64,000 nt of DNA from an uncultured Acidimicrobiia bacterium (GTDB taxonomy: Bacteria; Acidobacteriota; Terriglobia; Versatilivoradales; Versatilivoraceae): the NCBI GenBank assembly GCA_963786955.1, contig CAWBAT010000005.1, positions 640,001-704,000 on the forward strand. The letters run 5' to 3'. Shown one piece after another: positions 42,879 to 53,426 of the stretch (positions within the stretch are counted from its first letter, which is position 1; every line of letters starts with the position of its first letter). Under the pieces are notes generated by a model. It did no database searches, was not told the DNA's origin, and saw only the letters and a program-made list of their open reading frames with translations. The translations under genes were made by a program, and so were the position numbers.

Positions 42879-44480
42879 CTACTTCGAACCGCCGCCTTCC
42901 TTCAGCTGCTGAAATACTTCATCCATGTTGAAGCTGGCCGCCTTCTGCCGCTGCGGGTAGTCCTTGAATGTCATCAGAAACTGGCCCACATACGCCTGCG
43001 CAGGGACCAACAAGAAGGCGTGATCCAGCAGCCAGTCGTAGTAGGTGTTCGACGTGATGTCCGCCCGTTCATACGGATCCGTCCGGAGATTGAAGATCTT
43101 CGGGACCCGCAAGCTGGTGAACGGGTTCGCCCAGATCAACATCGTTCCAGGGGCCCGCTGCTCCATGAATGCAAGCTTCCAATTGTCGTAGCGCAACCCG
43201 GTCAATTGCTGGTCGTCGTTGATGTACAGGAACGATTCCCGCGGGCTCTTCGCGGCTTGCCCGGTCAGGTAAGGGACGAGGTTGTCGCCGTCAAGGTGAA
43301 CCTTGTACGTCCTGTCTCCAACCTTGTAGCCCTTGAGCAGCTCGTCCTTAATCTGCGTGTCGCCGGCCATGGCCACAAAGGTCGGCAGCCAATCGAGGTG
43401 GGCGACGATGTCGTTGGACACACTGCCTGGCTTGATCTTGCCCGGCCATCGGACCATGGCGGGCACCCGGTAGGCCCCTTCCCAGTTCGAGTTCTTCTCG
43501 CTGCGAAACGGCGTCATGGCTCCGTCTGGCCAGCTGTTCATGTGCGGACCGTTGTCGGTTGAGTACATGACGAACGTATTGTCCGCAATGCCCAGGTCAT
43601 CCAGCACCTTGAGGACCGTGCCGACATTCTTGTCGTGGTCGATCATGGTGTCGTGGTACGGGCTCTGCCAGCGCCCCGACTGGCCGATGCTCTCCGGCTT
43701 GGTGTGGGTGCGAAAGTGCATGTGGGAGAAGTTCACCCAAACAAAAGCCGGCTTGCCGGCCTTGTTCTGCCGCTGGATGAAGTCCACGGCCCGGTTGGCA
43801 ACGTCATCGTCAATCGTTTCCATCCGCTTCTTGGTCAAGGGACCAGTGTCAGTGCACACCTGCTTGCCGACCTTGCCGAAGCGCGGGTCGACGGTCGTGT
43901 CGTCCTTGTCCGAGGCCTTGCAGTCCAGCACGCCGCGCGGGCCAAACTTGGCATGGAATGCCGGGTCTTTCGGATAGTCCGGCAGTTCCGGCTCTTCCTC
44001 GGCGTTGAGGTGATACAGGTTGCCGTAGAACTCGTCAAAGCCGTGGACGGTAGGCAGATACTCGTTGCGGTCGCCCAGGTGATTCTTGCCGAACTGGCCA
44101 GTGGCATAGCCTTGTGCCTTCAACAGCTCGGCAATCGTCGGGTCTTCCTTTTGCAACCCTACCGTAGCGCCCGGCAGGCCGACCTTCGTCAGACCAGTGC
44201 GCAAGCCGGACTGGCCGGTGATGAACGAAGCGCGACCGGCGGTGCAACTCTGCTCGGCATAGTAGTCGGTGAAGATCATGCCTTCTTTCGCAACACGGTC
44301 AATGTTAGGTGTGTGAAAGCCCATCAGTCCCATCGAGTAGGCACTGATATCAGATTGGCCGATGTCATCACCCCAGATGATGAGGATGTTGGGTTTTTTG
44401 TCAGCGGCCTGCGCCGAAGCGAGGACGCCCCATGTCAGCCCGAAGGCCAGTAAGAGGTTCTTGAAGATAGTTTGTTTCAT
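42879..44480 (-). CDS. Arylsulfatase (Cys-type, secreted)
   Basis: Signal peptide; 'KPNILIIWGDDIG'; 'SCTAGRASFITG'; 'GKNHLGD'; 'TDNG'. Confidence 0.95.
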   Translation of the reverse strand: MKQTIFKNLLLAFGLTWGVLASAQAADKKPNILIIWGDDIGQSDISAYSMGLMGFHTPNIDRVAKEGMIFTDYYAEQSCTAGRASFITGQSGLRTGLTKVGLPGATVGLQKEDPTIAELLKAQGYATGQFGKNHLGDRNEYLPTVHGFDEFYGNLYHLNAEEEPELPDYPKDPAFHAKFGPRGVLDCKASDKDDTTVDPRFGKVGKQVCTDTGPLTKKRMETIDDDVANRAVDFIQRQNKAGKPAFVWVNFSHMHFRTHTKPESIGQSGRWQSPYHDTMIDHDKNVGTVLKVLDDLGIADNTFVMYSTDNGPHMNSWPDGAMTPFRSEKNSNWEGAYRVPAMVRWPGKIKPGSVSNDIVAHLDWLPTFVAMAGDTQIKDELLKGYKVGDRTYKVHLDGDNLVPYLTGQAAKSPRESFLYINDDQQLTGLRYDNWKLAFMEQRAPGTMLIWANPFTSLRVPKIFNLRTDPYERADITSNTYYDWLLDHAFLLVPAQAYVGQFLMTFKDYPQRQKAASFNMDEVFQQLKEGGGSK

Positions 44481-44513
44481 GGATGTTTCCTTTCGTTTTG
44501 GATTGGCCTTCAA

Positions 44514-44951
44514 CCGGAATTTCCATTTTGAGTTTTCTGACGGGAACTAGTGGACGATATCAGAAGGAATGGAACAACTGTGAGTACACTGAAGCACATA
44601 CTCAGCGTGGGGAAGACAAATTTAATCATAGCAGATCAACCCTTAGAATCACTTACATCTATCAATCCACGGTGCGAAGGGCTAGCTGAGGTAGACTTTC
44701 GTTTCAGGTCGAAGCCCAAACTTTCGTCCAACTCGCGCACGAGAACCAAGCCACCGTCGGAGGTGATTTGTGATCCCTGAATACCGATCTTCAGGAAAGC
44801 TATTGAAGGAGAGCTGAAAGGGTTGGTTTTGTTTCTCAGCCATTAGTTGTGGGCCTCCAGAGCGTGTTCTTTGCGTCGCAATCCGCAAAAATTAAAGACG
44901 TTCGAAGGCCCCATAAGGTTGTCAATAGCTACTTCACAATGAAAATCTGGG
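44514..44951 (-). mobile_element. Internally deleted IS1380-family element (both IRs plus a transposase N-terminal remnant)
   Basis: IRs CCCAGATTTTCATT (minus strand from 44951) and CCGGAATTTCCATT (44514). Remnant reads MAEKQNQPFQLSFNS / LKIGIQGSQITSDGGLVLVRELDE, with the IS1380 'TSDGG' motif. Confidence 0.8.
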
Positions 44952-44994
44952 CTTATGCATCACCGCTGAGGCAGGCAGTTGCGGGAAAAACGCC

Positions 44995-46731
44995 TCACCC
45001 CTGCGTGGTTTTTGGAACACGCTTCCGGTCTCCCATTCTCGACTGAACTTCTCTATGGAAGAGGGCCCGAAACAAGTCAAATTGAGCTCTGTAGAGCTTC
45101 CACTTCTTCCGCTGAAAGAAAGCCAGGCTGGAGCATACCAGCGCCCTGGCTAATCGGAATGAGATCTCTCCATTGACATTCAGCAACCAGGGATCCTCCC
45201 ACTTCAGAGGTCCCACCCCCTTCTTACCCAGAGGGGTGAGTAATACAACCTTCCGGATGGTCTTTTCCGGAAGAAATCGATAATTGTGGTTCCACCCTTG
45301 CCCACTCAGCCCCAAGGGCCCGGCACCCCATGGCAACGACGTTGCGAAGGCAACACCCGGGTAAATATTGATGCCGACAACTCCATGTCGGAGTTCTGTG
45401 GCAAATCGTTTCACTTCCGGATTAGAGGGATCAGAGGTGAAGACGGAGATGCCTAAATCACCGGCCAATGCAGAGGAATTGGCAAACTCTAAGGCCTTCT
45501 CGAGGAAGGAATCATCAGGCAGAGTCAACAGAGCTGCCACCGGACCGAAGGCCTCTTCGCGAAGAAAAAGAGCATCCCTGTCAATACCTGCAATCAGTGT
45601 CACTGGGAATCCTCTGTCTTTAGCTTTCGGGTGAATTGGGATGACCTCGGCTCCTGCCAGATGCAGTTCTTCAAGCTTCGCCTGCAGACGATCGGCTGAC
45701 GGATGATCAATAAGTAAACGGTCTCCGTGATGTTCTCCTTCCCGGCGGGCGGCCAAAGAAATCTCTTCACAAAGCACTGCCTTAAAAGATTGGCAGTAAG
45801 AGTCGGGTATGACGATGAGCTGAAAACTGACACAATGTTGACCGTTGTTTGCCAGCATTCCATAAGCTGCTTGGCGTGCCACCTGCCGCATTCCCTCCCG
45901 CTGCGAAAAGACGTCTGGAAGAACGAGAGCTGCGGTAACGCCTCCCAATTCCGATGTGACCCTTTTGGAGCCAGCAGCTCGCGTGATAGCACTTCCAGTC
46001 TGAACGCTCCCCGTGACGTGGATATGATCAAACTCAGGCTGTTCCACGAGCCAGGCGCCCACCTCGGGTCCGCCATATACAAAACTCAAGGCATTCGAGT
46101 CAACAAATGGGGCAAAAATTTTCTCCAGGTAAGGCCCACTAAAGCCAACCTTCTCAGAAACCTTGGCAATAACTCGAAGTCCCCTATAGCAGAGCAAGTG
46201 GACTATATCCAGCGCCCCGATGCTGACCAGATTAAAAGGAAGGAGGCAGAGTGCAATACCCTTACTTGGCTTTGCTTCATCTGTCGGAGCCTCTTTAGGC
46301 TGCAACGTGAGGTGATCCTCGGGTCGATTAAACACGACATATCCGGTGACACCCGGAAGCAGCATCTTCTCCAGTCGATTTGCGGGAAGAATGCGAGAAG
46401 CAGGAAAGCCGCCAAAGTCGGTCAGCGAGGGAGAGACCGCCTGCTTCAAATATTGTTCCAAGGTTTGAGCTGGATTGGCACTCTTCAGAGATTCAGAAAT
46501 GGAGAGAATTCCCCAGACAGACGGAAACACAGTCTCAAAATAGACCTCCGCAGGAGTGATCCCCATTCGTTCGGCCGTCTCATATGCTAAAGGGTCACCG
46601 TAAAAAAGGAATAGTTCGGCGACTCTCTCAAGCAAAGAGGAAATCTCACCAACGGACTTGAGACGCCAGGCAGATGAAGCTTCCGCGTCTACTAGAATTT
46701 TGAGGGTGTTATTCAGAGAAGAATGGCTCAT
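44995..46731 (-). CDS. Aldehyde dehydrogenase family protein (divergent)
   Basis: 'PFN', 'HVTGS..TG', 'SELGG', catalytic Cys in 'NGQHCV', 'EEAFGPV'. Confidence 0.8.
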   Translation of the reverse strand: MSHSSLNNTLKILVDAEASSAWRLKSVGEISSLLERVAELFLFYGDPLAYETAERMGITPAEVYFETVFPSVWGILSISESLKSANPAQTLEQYLKQAVSPSLTDFGGFPASRILPANRLEKMLLPGVTGYVVFNRPEDHLTLQPKEAPTDEAKPSKGIALCLLPFNLVSIGALDIVHLLCYRGLRVIAKVSEKVGFSGPYLEKIFAPFVDSNALSFVYGGPEVGAWLVEQPEFDHIHVTGSVQTGSAITRAAGSKRVTSELGGVTAALVLPDVFSQREGMRQVARQAAYGMLANNGQHCVSFQLIVIPDSYCQSFKAVLCEEISLAARREGEHHGDRLLIDHPSADRLQAKLEELHLAGAEVIPIHPKAKDRGFPVTLIAGIDRDALFLREEAFGPVAALLTLPDDSFLEKALEFANSSALAGDLGISVFTSDPSNPEVKRFATELRHGVVGINIYPGVAFATSLPWGAGPLGLSGQGWNHNYRFLPEKTIRKVVLLTPLGKKGVGPLKWEDPWLLNVNGEISFRLARALVCSSLAFFQRKKWKLYRAQFDLFRALFHREVQSRMGDRKRVPKTTQG

Positions 46732-46736
46732 TGGGT

Positions 46737-46833
46737 TGGCGGAGGCGAATGGGAATCGAACCCACCTATCGCAACAAAGTTACGACACGCTGGTTTTGAA
46801 GACCAGGAGAGTCACCAGGCCCTCTGCACCTCC
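46737..46833 (-). tRNA. selC: tRNA-Sec (anticodon TCA)
   Basis: GGAGGTGC...CTGGT-CTTCAAA-ACCAG...GTGGG-TTCGATT-CCCAT-TCGCCTCC-GCCA; 97 nt; long D-stem with 4-nt loop; 9-bp variable arm; encoded CCA. Confidence 0.93.
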
Positions 46834-46951
46834 GGGTTGACTATAGCATATCGAAAGGCAACGCCGGGATCATCTTGTGGTCTTCACTTAGAGGTTGTTT
46901 TTGTCCTGAATCCTGCCTACCCTAAGAATGTTTACTCTGGGGAGGAGGATT

Positions 46952-47563
46952 ATGGTAGAGGAGCTTGTATTAGCGTTCCCGCGTAAAATATTGGATGAGA
47001 TCGGGGATTTCCAGGGGATTGAATTCAATGTCGCACGCTACATTCCCGCCATCCTTGACAAGACTAACTGCCGTTTCCTACCTCGCGCCGCGGCGGAAAG
47101 TGACCCGAGCTACAAACAAATTATTTCCTACGTGTTGATTCGAAAGGGAAATGCCTGGTTGCATTATGTAAGGGGTAAAGCTTCAGGGGAAAAGCGCTTG
47201 GTCGCTAAGAGCTCGATCGGGATTGGAGGCCATATCAATCCACATGACCAGAGCCTCTTTGATAGCGGGTTGGATTTTTATGAAACAGCCGTCCAGCGGG
47301 AACTCCGGGAAGAACTGCGAATGGATGGAGTTTTTAAAACCCAGGTCGTTGCCCTGCTCAATGACGATTCCAGTGCGGTGGGGCAGGTTCATTTGGGGAT
47401 AGTCCATCTTTGCACATTAACCGATGAAATCGTGTCAAAAGGCGAAGCCAGCCTCACGGGATTAGCATTTTTGACTCAGGAAGAGTTATTGAAACGTAAG
47501 GAACAAATGGAGACGTGGTCTCAGTTTTGCTTGGATCACCTGGAGAAAATTGGGGGAGCCTGA
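46952..47563 (+). CDS. Predicted NUDIX-family phosphoesterase
   Basis: 'AESDPSYKQII.Y', 'GEKRL..K.SIGIGGHIN', 'RELREEL', 'NDD...VGQVHLG'. Confidence 0.8.
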   Translation: MVEELVLAFPRKILDEIGDFQGIEFNVARYIPAILDKTNCRFLPRAAAESDPSYKQIISYVLIRKGNAWLHYVRGKASGEKRLVAKSSIGIGGHINPHDQSLFDSGLDFYETAVQRELREELRMDGVFKTQVVALLNDDSSAVGQVHLGIVHLCTLTDEIVSKGEASLTGLAFLTQEELLKRKEQMETWSQFCLDHLEKIGGA

Positions 47564-47569
47564 GTAAGT

Positions 47570-47709
47570 CGCGCTCGGCGAGCGCGCCCTACCAATAGCG
47601 TCAACCAATAGCAGTTGAGGCATGGGCACGATCAAGGTAGGGCGGTCTCGCTGAGACCGCCATTTCAATTTATAGATTCCTTCGGCGCGCTCGGCGAGCG
47701 CGCCCTACC
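47570..47709. repeat. Cluster of three GGTAG-type REP palindromes (BIME-like)
   Basis: CGCGCTCGGCGAGCGCGCCCTACC twice and an inverted GGTAGGGCGGTCTCGCTGAGACCGCC between them. Confidence 0.75.
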
Positions 47710-47745
47710 AAAGGGCCGTCACCTCTTTTCACAAAGGAAAACACC

Positions 47746-48519
47746 ATGCACTTTGAAAACATCATCATCCGCCGCGAAAGTGCTGTCGCCATCCTCCAAC
47801 TGAACCGGCCCAAAGTCCTTAATGCCCTGAATGCCTTGATGATGGCTGAACTGTGCGAAGCTTTAGAAAGCCTCGACCGGGATGAGACCGTTCGCTGCCT
47901 GATTCTCACCGGCGATGAGAAGTCCTTTGCTGCAGGAGCCGATATCCGGGAATTAGTGGGTGCCGGCTCAATCGAGATCATGCAAAAAAACACGGTCGCC
48001 CTATGGACAAGGGTTCAAGCCATTGGCAAACCCCTCATTGCCGCTGTTAGCGGGTATGCGTTGGGGGGGGGATGCGAATTGGCGCTTGCTTGTGACATGA
48101 TCGTTGCTTCGGAAGACGCTCGATTTGGGCAGCCGGAAATTAACATCGGGGTTATTCCTGGGGCAGGCGGAACCCAGAGGTTAGCGAGAATTCTGGGGAA
48201 ACATAAGGCCATGGAATTGGTCCTGACGGGACGGACCCTCACAGCTCGAGAGGCCCTACAAATGGGGTTGGTAAACAGAGTAGTTTCCGATGGATCCTGC
48301 CTGGAAGAGGCCAGGAAACTGGCGATCGAGATCAGTGAAAAGTCACCATTAGCCGTCAAGCTGGCCAAGGAAGCGATTCTCAAAGCTCAAGAATGCAGCT
48401 TGAGAGAAGGTATCGAATTTGAACGAAAATGTTTTTTCCTTTTGTTCAGCTCGGAGGATCAGAAGGAGGGAATGAATGCTTTTTTGGAAAAAAGAAAGCC
48501 AGATTTCAAGGGAAGATGA
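47746..48519 (+). CDS. Enoyl-CoA hydratase (PaaF/crotonase-like)
   Basis: 'LNRPKVLNALN', 'FAAGADI', 'GYALGGGCELA', 'FGQPEI.IG.IPGAGGTQRL'. Confidence 0.95.
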   Translation: MHFENIIIRRESAVAILQLNRPKVLNALNALMMAELCEALESLDRDETVRCLILTGDEKSFAAGADIRELVGAGSIEIMQKNTVALWTRVQAIGKPLIAAVSGYALGGGCELALACDMIVASEDARFGQPEINIGVIPGAGGTQRLARILGKHKAMELVLTGRTLTAREALQMGLVNRVVSDGSCLEEARKLAIEISEKSPLAVKLAKEAILKAQECSLREGIEFERKCFFLLFSSEDQKEGMNAFLEKRKPDFKGR

Positions 48520-49518
48520 ATGGATTGCCAAATGCCAAATGCCGATTGTCGATTGTCAATCACCCATCTGACTGCTTATTCCAAATGCCTCTTGATTGTG
48601 ATGCTTTGTTCCTTCATTTCCGGGTGTGGTCATCCCGAGAAGCAAGCCCCTGCCGAGACAATTGCAAAGATCCGTTTTTCTGCATTTCAAGACGGCGAGA
48701 TCTGGATTCGCCATTCCGTTATTCAGCTTCGCTTCGATCCAGACATGTATTGCAAAATCTTCCTGAATGAAAAAGGTGGATTACAATCCTTCGTGGACAT
48801 TCCCCCCGACAAGGAGAAGGCTAGGCCGGCACAATTCGTCTCGGTCAATGGAAAAGAATTAAGAGATTTTCATATTGACTATGCCAATATTGGAGTCTCG
48901 GACATTGGAACTCAGTATGGGATTGGGAGGCGTTTGCACTTGACTGGGCTTGCAAGAACGACGGACGGGATCATTATCAGAAAGGAGTTGAAGATTGACC
49001 TCTACAATGACTTCCCCGAATTGGCTTTCGTATCCTGCCTGTTTCGCAATATCGACAAATCAAGGCCTGTTCAGCTCACCACAATTGTTGACAATTTTTT
49101 CCGTCTCAACGCAAATCGCGTCAATTCTAGCCTCCGACCTTATGATTTCATTTTTTTTCATGGAGGAATGGAAAGGCAAAGCAGCGGCTCAAAACTGATT
49201 GAAAATTTTACGCAAACCGTCCTCTATGAATTCAAACGGGAGCCCCATGCAGACTCCTTCCCGTTTTTCGATTTCTGGAATGAGCAAATGGGGATGGCGG
49301 TTGGGTCTCTCACGGCGGAACTGACTGGGGGTGAGCTTCGAGTCATGATCGATTCAGATAAACGTGTCGAAGCAGGCGTTTACTACGAAACAGCCCGAAC
49401 TCTCGGCCCGGAAGAAGGCATTTCGACTCCGAAGTGCATTTGGATGGTTCATCGTGGAGACTTCTTATCTCCTTTCAAGAGATACCAAGAACTGGCACTT
49501 CGAGCTGAGCGAAAATAA
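48520..49518 (+). CDS. Putative lipoprotein resembling the N-terminal beta domain of GH36 alpha-galactosidases, without a catalytic domain
   Basis: Lipobox-like 'FISGC'; 'G.GRRLHLTG', 'LY.DFP', 'VHRGDF'; stop follows immediately. Confidence 0.5.
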   Translation: MDCQMPNADCRLSITHLTAYSKCLLIVMLCSFISGCGHPEKQAPAETIAKIRFSAFQDGEIWIRHSVIQLRFDPDMYCKIFLNEKGGLQSFVDIPPDKEKARPAQFVSVNGKELRDFHIDYANIGVSDIGTQYGIGRRLHLTGLARTTDGIIIRKELKIDLYNDFPELAFVSCLFRNIDKSRPVQLTTIVDNFFRLNANRVNSSLRPYDFIFFHGGMERQSSGSKLIENFTQTVLYEFKREPHADSFPFFDFWNEQMGMAVGSLTAELTGGELRVMIDSDKRVEAGVYYETARTLGPEEGISTPKCIWMVHRGDFLSPFKRYQELALRAERK

Positions 49519-49868
49519 CAATATTTTCTTCCTCAGCCTTTATGGAATGCCATTACTGGGTTCGTCCTGAAATGGTAAGGGATCCAGCCAGTTCCATCTT
49601 AAGCGATCTCGCAACCCCCCCCAGAATCTACAGCTCCCTCAGCAAACAAGATCCTCCTTACAAACCTGAAAGGGCTCAGGATGACTGGTTCGAAGGCCCG
49701 GTCGTATCTTTTTAACCTTCGATAAAGAAACCGCATAGATTGTGGCTCTCATTCACAGGGTGTAGAGCCTATTCCATAAGGGTGACCTAGGTTGCCAGGG
49801 AAATGGGCCAAGAGTGTCTGCAAGGCGTATTGGGGAATAGAATTGAGGGATATGGCTATGCTAATCGT

Positions 49869-50354
49869 CTAGTTTGAGGCGGATTTGCGTTTATATTGAC
49901 TCTTATTTCCCGGATCGACAGAAGCCTTGGGTCGGTCTTCATGAATATTTGATTCGGTCTGATTGCCTAGCTTTTCAGTGGCGTTCGGGTCTTGGATTAA
50001 ATTCAAATCTGCTAAGTCCGCCGATGTCAAATAGGGACTGATAGACAAAGACCCATGCTTTTCAGGCGATGTCTTCCTTCTTCTTCTTTCCTTAATCAGA
50101 TTTTTATCAATGAGTGCATCGATCACCTGGTGCTTGCTGGCATCGAGAACAATGCAGATATCTTTGATAGTGAGGTTCTGATTGGCGAAAAGATTACAGA
50201 TTGTCAACTTGCGCTTGGTGACCGGGTCCATATGCATGAGGTTATCAGGCAAATCAAACTTCTCATTGGTTTTCTTAAAACCTTCGATCGTATAATTGTC
50301 TAAGAAGGCAATCAGCACATGCATCCAAAGCCTTCTGAACGTCCTTGCGAACAT
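49869..50354 (-). CDS. Hypothetical protein, possible helix-turn-helix
   Basis: 161-aa ORF with RBS (GGGAGAGG); HTH-like 'LTIKDICIVLDASKHQVIDAL' followed by basic 'ERRRRK'. Confidence 0.55.
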   Translation of the reverse strand: MFARTFRRLWMHVLIAFLDNYTIEGFKKTNEKFDLPDNLMHMDPVTKRKLTICNLFANQNLTIKDICIVLDASKHQVIDALIDKNLIKERRRRKTSPEKHGSLSISPYLTSADLADLNLIQDPNATEKLGNQTESNIHEDRPKASVDPGNKSQYKRKSASN

Positions 50355-50980
50355 CTTACCTCTCCCGTCTTTCTATCTCAATGATTCTCACCCATTCGTA
50401 TGGAAAATTAATGGCAAGCGGAGCTATGTTATTAACTCAAATGAACGGACAACCTCTACGAATTATTCTAGCAACCCAATAACTAAATATTCTACATGGA
50501 AAACAATAACCCAGATTGGCATAGTGTAACACACTATGTGCTTCCTGTGAATTTTGAAAAATTTCGTATATCTAAGATTCTAAATCTATTATCAAATTCC
50601 AGCTCATCCGTTTGCCAAAGATTTCACTAAGAATGGAAAAACTTTCCTAGGTTTGACAGAGGGTAAATACCAACCCAGTAATGACATCAAAATGAAGAAC
50701 AAGGAAAATCAGAGGGGAGAAACTTCCGTATCGCGGTCTAGACCCAAGAACCACGAGGTTGAGAGAATATCCTGCAATATCAATCAATCAATGAGATTTT
50801 GGGAATCTGTCGACCTAATCGCAGGTTCGCTCCAATATTCTTCCTGGCAATATTCTGAAACGCATTATTAAAGCTTTCAAGGAGAAGATCGGTGCATCCT
50901 TCTTCGACGCATCAATTTCCTTTTCAATTGCCTCTTTGTTCTCCCTTTGTATAATGGCTCTTGAAACTGGAGAGAAGTCT

Positions 50981-52033
50981 ATGGCAAAGCGCGCTTTGAT
51001 CACGGGGGTTACGGGCCAAGATGGGTCTTATCTGACAGAATTCCTATTGTCCAAAGGTTACGAGGTTCACGGAATAAAGCGCCGCTCGAGCAGTTTCAAC
51101 ACGGAGCGGATTGATCATCTTTATCATGATTGGCACGAAGCCAACATTTGCCTCGTTCTTCACTATGGAGACTTAACGGATGGCTCTAGTTTGCGATCTG
51201 TAATTTCACAGGTTCAACCTGACGAAATTTACAACTTAGGGGCACAATCCCATGTTCGTATCAGTTTTGACCAGCCGGTATACACAGTCGAGACCGATGC
51301 CTTAGGGACGCTGATATTGCTGGAAGCAATCCGGGATGCCTGCCCGAAAGCACGCTATTACCAGGCTGGGAGCAGTGAAATGTTCGGGAACATCCAAGAA
51401 ATTCCACAAAGAGAAACGACTCCTTTTTATCCGCGAAGTCCCTATGGTTGTGCCAAGGTCTTCGCCCATTGGCAGACCGTGAATTATCGGGAAGCTTACG
51501 GCCTGTTTGCCTGTAACGGAATCTTGTTTAACCACGAATCCCCACGCCGTGGAGAGACGTTTGTGACCCGTAAAATCACTCGTGCTGCCACCCGAATCAA
51601 AGAGGGCTTGCAGGAGACCCTCTATCTGGGAAATCTCGAGGCCAAAAGAGACTGGGGTTTTGCGGGGGATTACGTCGAAGCCATGTGGCAGATGCTTCAA
51701 CAGGAGCAACCGGGTGATTTCGTGATTGCCACGGGAGAAACCCATACTGTCCGCGAGTTCGTCGAAGTTACTTTTTCGCTCCTTAGCTTAGATTGGGAAA
51801 ATCACGTTCGAATTGATCCTCTGTACTTTAGGCCAACTGAGGTAGACATCTTGCAAGGAGACAGCCGGAAAGCCCGTGAAAAATTCAACTGGCGCCCTCG
51901 GATCAACTTTCGCCAGTTGATAGAAATGATGGTCGAATCCGACTGGAAGCTGGCGAGAAAAGAAAAACTCATCCGAGAAAACAGGGGGGCCATTTCCGAG
52001 GGTACCATTAGCCCAGCAGCTGATTTGCAGTAA
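50981..52033 (+). CDS. gmd: GDP-mannose 4,6-dehydratase
   Basis: '[14 protein letters not shown]', 'YNLGAQSHV', '[10 protein letters not shown]', '[19 protein letters not shown]'. Confidence 0.97.
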   Translation: MAKRALITGVTGQDGSYLTEFLLSKGYEVHGIKRRSSSFNTERIDHLYHDWHEANICLVLHYGDLTDGSSLRSVISQVQPDEIYNLGAQSHVRISFDQPVYTVETDALGTLILLEAIRDACPKARYYQAGSSEMFGNIQEIPQRETTPFYPRSPYGCAKVFAHWQTVNYREAYGLFACNGILFNHESPRRGETFVTRKITRAATRIKEGLQETLYLGNLEAKRDWGFAGDYVEAMWQMLQQEQPGDFVIATGETHTVREFVEVTFSLLSLDWENHVRIDPLYFRPTEVDILQGDSRKAREKFNWRPRINFRQLIEMMVESDWKLARKEKLIRENRGAISEGTISPAADLQ

Positions 52034-52288
52034 TTACCGAATCCCTTCCGCACTATGACAAACTTCAAGTCGGAATGATTTGTTTAGAGGCAATCTGAAA
52101 TATTGCCCCATCTTAGTAACCCATCACGTGGGCCGGAGCATTGAGAAACCCCAAACCGACAATGAACTCATACCTGTTTGGAACCGGTCGAGTATTTTCA
52201 CAGGAACGGCCGACGCTTCGCCACCAAACTGCAGAACGCGTGTCTAGCTCAGTTCTATGGATGTTGGAAGGAGATAGAGGAATAAAGC

Positions 52289-52855
52289 ATGCCATTTAAG
52301 ATTGAGTCCCGTCACTTGGGCGAGATAGTGGTCATCGTTCCGGATGTATTCGAAGATCAGCGTGGTTTCTTCATGGAAACGTTTCGTGAGGATCATTTCG
52401 CCCAGTCAGGGTTGCCTACCCGTTTCTCCCAGGACAATCATTCACGGTCGACACATGGAGTCCTGCGCGGACTTCACTTCCAATGGGATCCCCCCATGGG
52501 GAAGTTGATGCGGGTTACCTATGGTGAGGCTTATCTGGTTGCAGTCGATATCCGGAAGGGTTCTCCTTCGCTCGGCCAATGGTTCGGCATTGAGGCCTCT
52601 GCTCAGAACCGACGGCAGGTCTGGGCCCCGCCAGGATTTGCGAGAGGTTTTTGCGTACTCTCTGATTCCGCCGAGATCCAATACAAATGTACTGGAATTT
52701 ACAACAGCAATGCGGAATCGGGAATTCGTTGGGATGATCCCGCGATTGCAATAAAATGGCCGGTCAAGGACCCTATCCTGTCAGGAAAAGATGCTGTCGC
52801 GAGGACCCTTTCAGAATGGCTGGCTTCAAAGGAATCGGATCATTTCCGCTTCTGA
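52289..52855 (+). CDS. rfbC: dTDP-4-dehydrorhamnose 3,5-epimerase
   Basis: 'DQRGFFMETF', 'QDNHSRS..GVLRGLHFQ', 'AVDIRKGSP', 'GIRWDDP'. Confidence 0.93.
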   Translation: MPFKIESRHLGEIVVIVPDVFEDQRGFFMETFREDHFAQSGLPTRFSQDNHSRSTHGVLRGLHFQWDPPMGKLMRVTYGEAYLVAVDIRKGSPSLGQWFGIEASAQNRRQVWAPPGFARGFCVLSDSAEIQYKCTGIYNSNAESGIRWDDPAIAIKWPVKDPILSGKDAVARTLSEWLASKESDHFRF

Positions 52856-53065
52856 GTTCCAACCCTAAAATCCCTTGACGCTGGGTCGCGATTGGGATAG
52901 CTTTTACAAGGCTTGATTGCCGTAAGTTATTGTTTTTCAAGTCTAGTGAATTTTTGGACTAGCAGAAAATGGATTGTAACGTACACAGAATTAAAGGCCT
53001 AGCCCCAAGAGAAAATTGCAGGTTGGATTTAGCTTTGGGGAGCTTTGAAAACGGAGGATGTGTTG

Positions 53066-53324
53066 ATGAAAGACTCCGAATTTGTCAAAGCTCTCAAGGA
53101 AATGAAACTTCGGTATCCTGAAGGAGAGATAACGAACTACAACCCGGAAAAGGGTTATGGGTTCATTACCAGTGAGAAAGGAGAAAAGATATTTTTCTTT
53201 CTTCCTGAAGTCGACACGATAGGATGTCGTGCCAGATGATATTCGCAAGGGGGTTCGAGTCGGATTTGACGTTTCCCTGACGTCCAAAGGCAGAAGAATC
53301 TCCAGAATTAAGGTACTTGACTAA
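53066..53324 (+). CDS. Cold-shock-domain (OB-fold) protein (frameshift near 53220)
   Basis: 'G.ITNYNPEKGYGFI' (RNP-1-like), continuing in another frame as 'IRKGVRVGFDVSLTSKGRRISRIKVLD'. Confidence 0.7.
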
Positions 53325-53426
53325 CAGGAGATTCTCAAGAATCTTATCCTTAAAGAGTATTATTGACCTTCAGGTAATTTCCTTGAAGAGTTGAAGTGTA
53401 TATCTAAAATACAGAAATTGTTTTGG

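Noticed and set aside
36700-46833. Integrative element inserted at the selC 3' end
   Set aside because: No integrase and no duplicated tRNA 3' end (att site) found by eye.
47570-47709. Possible CRISPR array
   Set aside because: Only 2-3 palindromic units in mixed orientation with GTAG ends and no cas genes; these are REPs.
50354-50980. AT-rich region before gmd as an ops/JUMPstart leader or small genes
   Set aside because: No GGCGGTAG ops motif and no credible ORF; treated as a divergent promoter region.
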